This document shows positions 56,791-64,000 of a stretch of 64,000 nucleotides of DNA, piece after piece. Numbering within the stretch: position 1 is the first letter of the stretch; each line of letters opens with the position of its first letter. The position numbers were made by a program, and so were the translations under genes. Below the pieces are notes generated by a model, which was not told the DNA's origin, did not search any database, and saw nothing but the letters and a program-made list of their open reading frames with translations. Origin of the DNA: a virus (taxonomy: Duplodnaviria > Caudoviricetes); the IMG/VR virus record IMGVR_UViG_3300020477_000013, positions 64,001 to 128,000 of that record. One strand, 5' to 3'.

Positions 56791-57413
56791 AGATAGGTCT
56801 TGTACCCATCTCAGCCAAGCCTTATCATGCCGGTCATCATGCACTAGTCTCTGCAGCCTCAGCTCAGAATGATAAAGTGCTTTTATTCGTCTCAACATCC
56901 GACCGGAAAAGAAAGGGTGAATTTCCTATCTTGGGAAGTGATATGGCGGATATATGGGTGAGATACCTAGAGCCTATTATGCCAGGAAATGTAGAGATCG
57001 TCTATGGGGGATCTCCAGTTCAGAAAGTCTACGGAACTTTAGAGAACGCATGCATGGGTGGCACTAAAAATGTGTATACTGTATATTCGGACCCTGAAGA
57101 TACAGCTGCCAATTACCCTCCTGCAAATAGAGAAAAATACTTTCCTGGCCTATGTGATATAGGAACAGTGAAATTCGCAGCCGAAGAGGACCCTGGGATG
57201 TTTACACGAGGTGTAGGAACGCCTAATGTAAGTGGAACAAAGATTAGGGCAGCTTTAGCTGCAGGTGATATCTCTACATTTTCAGCAGGTATGCCTGCCG
57301 GCGTTGACGCTGAAGCAATTTTTGCCGATCTCGGTGGACAGCCTAGACTAAGTGTTGGAAGTACTAACGAAGATTTATTGAGATCTTATGTTGGCGCGAT
57401 CATTCGTGGTTAG
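56787..57413 (+). CDS. HxGH (cytidylyltransferase/NMNAT-like) nucleotidyltransferase with C-terminal tag
   Basis: SAKPYHAGH; VSGTKIR; C-terminal NEDLLRSYVGAII. Confidence 0.82.
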   Translation: MKIGLVPISAKPYHAGHHALVSAASAQNDKVLLFVSTSDRKRKGEFPILGSDMADIWVRYLEPIMPGNVEIVYGGSPVQKVYGTLENACMGGTKNVYTVYSDPEDTAANYPPANREKYFPGLCDIGTVKFAAEEDPGMFTRGVGTPNVSGTKIRAALAAGDISTFSAGMPAGVDAEAIFADLGGQPRLSVGSTNEDLLRSYVGAIIRG

Positions 57414-57417
57414 TATA

Positions 57418-57819
57418 CTAGGCGCTAGTGTTAATATTCCCGCCTATACTCCCGCCAGATTCTTCTAACATTTTATTCATTTCTTGTAATAACTTGATAG
57501 CTAGTACCATTTCAAGTAATTTTTCGAGATCCATTTCGCCACCCTCACCTTCTTTACAGCCTCCAATTGCTGAATTATGAAGTTGCATGTGGTCTTGGGT
57601 ACTCATTGAACTTATGGGAGAGCTATTTTGACCTTGGCCAATTGTCGTTGAACCATCCCCAGTTGATTCAGCTACTTTTGTGTTTCCACCTGCATTTCCG
57701 ATGCTTTCTGCTCCTCCAGCGCTTCCTGTTTCACCAGCACCCGCTGCCCCCCCGATACTTGCACCTGCCGCGGCTCCCCCGCCGGCACTTACGCCCCCTA
57801 CTGCTCCAACACTGCTCAT
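57418..57819 (-). CDS. Gly/Ala/Ser-rich protein with a C-terminal amphipathic helix
   Basis: RBS AGGAG on the minus strand; DLEKLLEMVLAIKLLQEM. Confidence 0.7.
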   Translation of the reverse strand: MSSVGAVGGVSAGGGAAAGASIGGAAGAGETGSAGGAESIGNAGGNTKVAESTGDGSTTIGQGQNSSPISSMSTQDHMQLHNSAIGGCKEGEGGEMDLEKLLEMVLAIKLLQEMNKMLEESGGSIGGNINTSA

Positions 57820-57947
57820 TCTTAAAATCTCCTTGCCTAAAAGGCCTATATTATAATAAGGTGCTAGGTAAGATTTACCAATAAAAATTATAAATGTGAG
57901 TTGAGTGCAGTATGTTGTGATTAATCTTTACTTTGTGAAGAAGCTCA

Positions 57948-57955
57948 ATAATTAT
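57948..57955 (+). promoter_or_regulatory. Putative late promoter (class L)
   Basis: ATAATTAT 31 nt upstream of 57987. Confidence 0.45.
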
Positions 57956-57986
57956 AGTAATTGCTAAATTCTAGTGTGGTAATAAG

Positions 57987-58235
57987 ATGGATGTCGTAAA
58001 GAGGATTGAGAAAGAGTTGGGCACTGCTACCGAACATGGCCTGGGCTTCGATGACTGGATTTCGATGAAGAAATATTTATTGCGTTCAATTCCGTCTCAT
58101 ATGAGAACTAATTTTTCCACTAGGGACCCAAAAACAAAAGCACAACACATGAATGAATTCGAGGTCGGTATCGTGAAAAGCTACGAGGCCTTAACAGGAA
58201 AATCATTGAGGTTACCCCATGTCACAATTAAATGA
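57987..58235 (+). CDS. Hypothetical protein
   Basis: ORF; overlaps the next gene. Confidence 0.65.
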   Translation: MDVVKRIEKELGTATEHGLGFDDWISMKKYLLRSIPSHMRTNFSTRDPKTKAQHMNEFEVGIVKSYEALTGKSLRLPHVTIK

Positions 58236-59502
58236 AGAAAAGGAATTTAGGGAATTCGTACGCAAGATACTTGTCGAGCGTAGTGCCCCATTAACCGAAG
58301 GTCCGCTCCGTGATGCTTTCATAAAACCGTTTGAAGACGTTATCAAGGTCGCAAAAGTTTCGTTAAAAGATATCTTGACAGTTGCAAAATTTAACTGGGA
58401 TATGCTGACTACATTTGACCCAATTAAGATAGCAAATATGCGTAGCAATTTTAAGGAAAGAAGAAAGAAGATTAAAGAGGAATATAAAGAGGTGATGGCC
58501 CCCATTAAAGAGGCTATGGGGCATGAAGACATCAAGTTAGCTGCATTCATGCTGAACCCAGCTGGCTATCTTGCGGGATCACTCGTGAAGTCAGGCGTCA
58601 CTAGTGCTCCTGATGTATTAAATTTCTTTAAAGAAGCCGGCTTCGGAGACCCGACAGAGGGTGAAAAAGATGATTCAGGTGGTAAAATTAAGGACCCGGT
58701 AGGTGTTATTGGTACGGCCTTTAAGGCGCTAAAGAAGCTTTTCTTTATAGAGGGTGCAAGTATTCTTCTACCTGACGGTGTACTTCTTACAGAGCAAGAC
58801 AAGAAGGCCGGTACAGGCCCCGAAGGCGCCGGCTTTGACCCGAAGAGTGCGACTGCAGCAGCGCTGCAAGATCTAGGGGTTTTGGATTGGGTTGAGTCAA
58901 GATCAAAGAGCATGGTGGAAGATGCTAAGTCGGCAAACGAGGAATTTCTTTCTCTTTTTTCTGACAACGTAGATATAATCAATCGCTTAATGACAGCTAA
59001 TTCGTATGAATCTCTCCAGGAAGTTATAGATGATGCGTTGGCTAAAGAATTAGACATCGGAGCTTCCATTGAGGATTGGGGCGACATGGTTAAAGAAGAG
59101 GTCGATAAGCTGCTACAAGATGAAAGTAATAGAGAAGCATTTATTCGGGCCGTTGCGAAGAAGAACGGAAAGGAGATACCGGAGAATGAGCCTATCCCTG
59201 AGGACTTTAAGAATACTCCGGAAGAACAGCTTCGTGAAGAGGCTACAAGCATGATGTTTGCGAACGGTACCGAGCAGCTACGAGAAAAGGCTGAGGAAAT
59301 GAGAGATGTGATGATAGAAAAAATAAAAGAGGAGTTTGAGTCTTATAAGAGCGAATTCTTCGAAGACTATGGTATAGATGACCAGACAGCGAAGGTTATG
59401 AAAGAAACGCCTATCGGTAAAGAATTTTTTAAGCACTTCGAAGAAACAGAGAAGAAGCTAGACACACCTCCCCCAACTGGTACTGCCCCTGTGTCCTCTT
59501 AG
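58219..59502 (+). CDS. Leader-tagged helical acidic protein
   Basis: QLNEEKEFREFVRKILVE...LTE. Confidence 0.75.
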   Translation: MSQLNEEKEFREFVRKILVERSAPLTEGPLRDAFIKPFEDVIKVAKVSLKDILTVAKFNWDMLTTFDPIKIANMRSNFKERRKKIKEEYKEVMAPIKEAMGHEDIKLAAFMLNPAGYLAGSLVKSGVTSAPDVLNFFKEAGFGDPTEGEKDDSGGKIKDPVGVIGTAFKALKKLFFIEGASILLPDGVLLTEQDKKAGTGPEGAGFDPKSATAAALQDLGVLDWVESRSKSMVEDAKSANEEFLSLFSDNVDIINRLMTANSYESLQEVIDDALAKELDIGASIEDWGDMVKEEVDKLLQDESNREAFIRAVAKKNGKEIPENEPIPEDFKNTPEEQLREEATSMMFANGTEQLREKAEEMRDVMIEKIKEEFESYKSEFFEDYGIDDQTAKVMKETPIGKEFFKHFEETEKKLDTPPPTGTAPVSS

Positions 59503-59572
59503 TTCTATTTTTTTTACATCTTGGAATTGTCACTAAATAATATAGAATAAGATTTTTGGGAGATTAGAGGAT

Positions 59573-59953
59573 ATGCCTAAGCAGTGGATACCTGAAATAT
59601 TTTATGAAGACATGGAAGACGGTTTAACTTCGCACATTCCGTTTATCTCAGTCCCTTCCGGCGAAGAAATGCCGAAGCTGTTATACATTTTCGAGTCTAG
59701 GGAGACTGGTGATATGGAGCCTGGTCCTGATGGAGAAGATCTTCCAGTGACAGAGGTGACACTTCACCAGTTTGCAGATATGGAAAAGCTTAAGCTAGGC
59801 TTGACCAGTTATGAATATGACAGGGTGAGAATTACATTAGGTCTAGAACCCCTAGAGTCTGCAGTCGAAAAGGGTAGGAATATTACCTCAGCTGTAAGAG
59901 AAAAGCTGGGGATTGTCGAGGGTAAATTTCCTGAACCTGGTGAACAAGAATAG
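59573..59953 (+). CDS. Hypothetical protein
   Basis: RBS GAGGA. Confidence 0.75.
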   Translation: MPKQWIPEIFYEDMEDGLTSHIPFISVPSGEEMPKLLYIFESRETGDMEPGPDGEDLPVTEVTLHQFADMEKLKLGLTSYEYDRVRITLGLEPLESAVEKGRNITSAVREKLGIVEGKFPEPGEQE

Positions 59954-59962
59954 TGACTTAAG

Positions 59963-59999
59963 TGTAAACCTGCTTGTTTTATGATATAATTCTTATATC
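59963..59999 (+). promoter_or_regulatory. Class E promoter with an overlapping 7-bp palindrome
   Basis: TGTAAA-N16-TATAAT; GATATAA-TTC-TTATATC at 59983-59999. Confidence 0.6.
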
Positions 60000-60026
60000 T
60001 TTAACTACCAAAGAGGATCATTTACA

Positions 60027-60680
60027 ATGAACTATCTGTCACGTGATGCAGCAATGTCTGCTATAAAGAACATGAAGAATTTTCATGATGATATTGTCTT
60101 GCTGTATAAACAGCATGGGATGGACCTACTTGATAATTTGGGCCGTCGAAACATTGTAATGTCCCAGGCTCAAGAGAAGTTTTTTGCTCAAGCGCTAGTT
60201 GACTTGTGCGGTGACGTTGAAGCCGATGGTAAGACAGGCCAGCCTGACATTGTTATTCCCTCTTTGGGTAGGGAGCTTGAGTGCAAGCTCACGACTCGTA
60301 ACAAAGGTGGGGCGATTAGCCTACAGACTGATTTTGAGACGTTAAGCCAGAAGGGTAAGCTGGATTACCTCTATGTTATTGCGGATAGCACCTTTAATAG
60401 ATTTTCTGTATTGCACTTCATCGATCTATGCGTGGATGATTTTAGGCATGTTTCCAATGGGTCTAGAGGTAAAGTAGGAATGAAGAAGCATGAAGGCATG
60501 AAAAAATGCAATGTCTTGCTTGGGAGTGCTGTTTGTATTAATGATATTAATATTTCGAAGTGGAAGGACAGGCTTTTGTCTGCTAAGACGGACTCTCGTA
60601 GAGAAAAAATTAAAGAAAAGATTGAGTATTGGGAGACCACTCCGGGAAAGTATCGCTTCGAATTGGAAGAAGTTTCCTGA
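60027..60680 (+). CDS. PD-(D/E)xK restriction-endonuclease-like nuclease
   Basis: GQPDIVI......ELECKLT. Confidence 0.7.
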   Translation: MNYLSRDAAMSAIKNMKNFHDDIVLLYKQHGMDLLDNLGRRNIVMSQAQEKFFAQALVDLCGDVEADGKTGQPDIVIPSLGRELECKLTTRNKGGAISLQTDFETLSQKGKLDYLYVIADSTFNRFSVLHFIDLCVDDFRHVSNGSRGKVGMKKHEGMKKCNVLLGSAVCINDINISKWKDRLLSAKTDSRREKIKEKIEYWETTPGKYRFELEEVS

Positions 60681-60688
60681 TGAAGACA

Positions 60689-60696
60689 ATATTTAT
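60689..60696 (+). promoter_or_regulatory. Putative late promoter (class L)
   Basis: ATATTTAT 19 nt upstream of 60716. Confidence 0.5.
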
Positions 60697-60715
60697 AAGA
60701 GTTAAGGAGTAACCA

Positions 60716-61036
60716 ATGATTTTCAATGCAGATCGGCTTCAAGTTTTATCGGGAATTAAGAACAACAGTAGTGGGGGAAATTTATTAAATGAGTCTTCTA
60801 CACGTAGTCGAAATCAGCTAGTCGAGCAAAAGATTCGACAGATCATCAGGGAAGAGATTAAGTCTTATCTCAATGAGCGCCAGTCAAAGGCCGCCTCCGT
60901 TGGATTTAAGAAGAATAATCTTACTGCTGCGATGGGCTTCGCCGGGCCCGGCTTCCAACCTAGGAATGAGCCGAACAGGTCTGTATCCAGAGGTCCTGGC
61001 GGTACACTTGGCTTTGGCGGGCCAGGATTTATGTAG
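60716..61036 (+). CDS. Small protein carrying both tag types
   Basis: DRLQVLSGIK...LLNE...LVEQKIRQIIREEI; Gly/Phe-rich tail. Confidence 0.75.
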   Translation: MIFNADRLQVLSGIKNNSSGGNLLNESSTRSRNQLVEQKIRQIIREEIKSYLNERQSKAASVGFKKNNLTAAMGFAGPGFQPRNEPNRSVSRGPGGTLGFGGPGFM

Positions 61037-61053
61037 AATTCTAGAATCTGGTT

Positions 61054-61081
61054 TATAAATTCCAGCTTAGTACTGTATATT
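61054..61081 (+). promoter_or_regulatory. Putative early/middle promoter (class E)
   Basis: TATAAA-N16-TATATT. Confidence 0.5.
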
Positions 61082-61100
61082 TCTTGTAGAGGATATAGCT

Positions 61101-61538
61101 ATGTACAAAGTGGGCCAGGTTTTATATGTGATATTACAAAAAAAGCAGAGGATTATCCCTGTGCAGGTAGTAGAGCAAATTGTTCGCAGGACAGTCGAGG
61201 GTGAAAAAATTCAATACCTCGTTCGTGGGCCTGGGCGAGAGGAAGATATAGATCTCGATACATTCGGTGATCAGGTATTTGAAGACCTCGATGTAGTAAA
61301 AAGTACGTTGAGGCAAAATATATTCAAGGTTATTGATGATATGGCATCGAAAGCTTTAGAGATTGCAGGAAATTATTTTGAGATTGCGCAAAGTGATCCA
61401 GCAGGTGGCGAAGAATCTCATAACCAAGAAGAAAGTGGGGAACCTACCGGTGACACCGTTAGGATTCAACTAGAGAATGGCCAGATGGCAAATGTAAAAA
61501 TTTCTGCACCTACTACTGTTACACAAAAAAAAAGATGA
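61101..61538 (+). CDS. Hypothetical protein (N-terminal SH3-like)
   Basis: YKVGQVLYV...IPVQVVEQ; RBS GAGGA. Confidence 0.7.
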   Translation: MYKVGQVLYVILQKKQRIIPVQVVEQIVRRTVEGEKIQYLVRGPGREEDIDLDTFGDQVFEDLDVVKSTLRQNIFKVIDDMASKALEIAGNYFEIAQSDPAGGEESHNQEESGEPTGDTVRIQLENGQMANVKISAPTTVTQKKR

Positions 61539-62353
61539 AAATACTCCTGTTAGACGGCTATAATTTAATCTATAGGGCTCGATACTCCTTTAAGCAAGGC
61601 GATCATCCTACAATATACTCATTTTTTCGTAGCCTGAGGCCGTTGGTGGAGAAATTTGACCCGGATTTCGTGTATTTCGTAACCGAGGGTTATCCGGCAT
61701 CACGGTATGAGATTTTACCTGAGTATAAAGCTTCAAGGGTTAGGGATGATGACCCTTCATTTAGCGAGCAGAAAAAGCAAATTATCTCTATCCTTAAGTC
61801 ATCATTTCCTGTTGCGGTTTGTCGGCACCCTAATTATGAGTGTGATGATGTTATTGCAAGCCTAGTTAGATATAGACACAGCGCAGATGAGTGCGTGGTC
61901 GTGTCAAGTGACACAGATTTTATACAGTTGTACAATACATGTGCTAACGTTTCTATTTACAATCCTGTTAGGAAAAATATCGTACCTGCCCCGGGGTATG
62001 ATTATGTTACGTGGAAGTCTTTACGGGGTGACGCATCTGATAATATTAAGGGAATCAGGGGCATTGGTGATAAGAGGGCGACGAAACTAGTATCCGACAC
62101 AGAGAAGCTAGCCAGCTTCCTAAGCGCTGACTCTGCACGAAGAGAGATATTCGAGAGGAATATGTCCTTAATTAGCTTTATTGACCTATCTGACCAGTTA
62201 GACGTATTAGAGGTTTCTACTTCTACGCCGGACTGGGATGGTGTTAAGAAAATATTTGATGATTTGGGATTCAATTCGATTACAAATCAAAAGTCCTGGT
62301 TAAAATTTCAAAATACATTTTCCAGACTTGGAAATGCCACACATAAAAACTAG
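61535..62353 (+). CDS. Second 5'-3' exonuclease / FEN-family protein
   Basis: LLDGYNLIYRA; YKASR; ECDDVI; SSDTDFIQL; GDASDNIKGIRGIG. Confidence 0.92.
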   Translation: MKILLLDGYNLIYRARYSFKQGDHPTIYSFFRSLRPLVEKFDPDFVYFVTEGYPASRYEILPEYKASRVRDDDPSFSEQKKQIISILKSSFPVAVCRHPNYECDDVIASLVRYRHSADECVVVSSDTDFIQLYNTCANVSIYNPVRKNIVPAPGYDYVTWKSLRGDASDNIKGIRGIGDKRATKLVSDTEKLASFLSADSARREIFERNMSLISFIDLSDQLDVLEVSTSTPDWDGVKKIFDDLGFNSITNQKSWLKFQNTFSRLGNATHKN

Positions 62354-62363
62354 GAGATTAATA

Positions 62364-64000
<1,637 letters not shown>

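Noticed and set aside
40447-59252. Long minus-strand ORFs (40447-41127, 41179-41694, 54538-55134, 55771-56415, 58566-59252 and others)
   Set aside because: They are antisense shadows of real plus-strand genes: Ser/Phe-rich, no RBS, no motifs.

Overview
This is a 64-kb, gene-dense, almost entirely plus-strand segment of a large (jumbo-type) tailed bacteriophage, probably a myovirus of a diderm host. It is not a bacterial chromosome. The core machinery comprises a baseplate-hub-like gene, gp32-like SSB, RecA/UvsX, gp41/DnaB helicase, DnaE, a minimal PolA, two 5'-3' exonucleases, class II RNR, ThyX, TK, dCMP deaminase, ClpP, GroEL, an amidase endolysin and a holin/spanin-like module. Two systems stand out. 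(1) About 25 otherwise unrelated ORFs share short amphipathic tags: MKITKRQLRRIIKEE-type, MKLLREYIRxLLxE-type and a terminal RWxxLAGIK type. The N-terminal tags end in (I/L)-x-E, the T4 prohead-protease cleavage pattern. They sit on ADP-ribosyltransferase-, GNAT-, peptidase-, kinase- and nuclease-like cargos, form a translationally coupled cassette array (17.6-23.5 kb) with near-identical DNA at gene starts, and recur inside a 1100-aa protein between domains. I interpret this as a candidate capsid-packaged, protease-processed effector arsenal. (2) A cytosine hypermodification pathway is predicted from a dCMP-type thymidylate-synthase homolog (Asp at the Asn177-equivalent), a T4 BGT-like glycosyltransferase, two NDP-sugar epimerases, a dNMP kinase and a gp56-like dCTPase, plus a repair operon with a eukaryote-type MBD4-like glycosylase. 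Two promoter-like motifs split the genes into replication and tagged/virion classes. All family calls come from motif recognition by eye; no searches were run.
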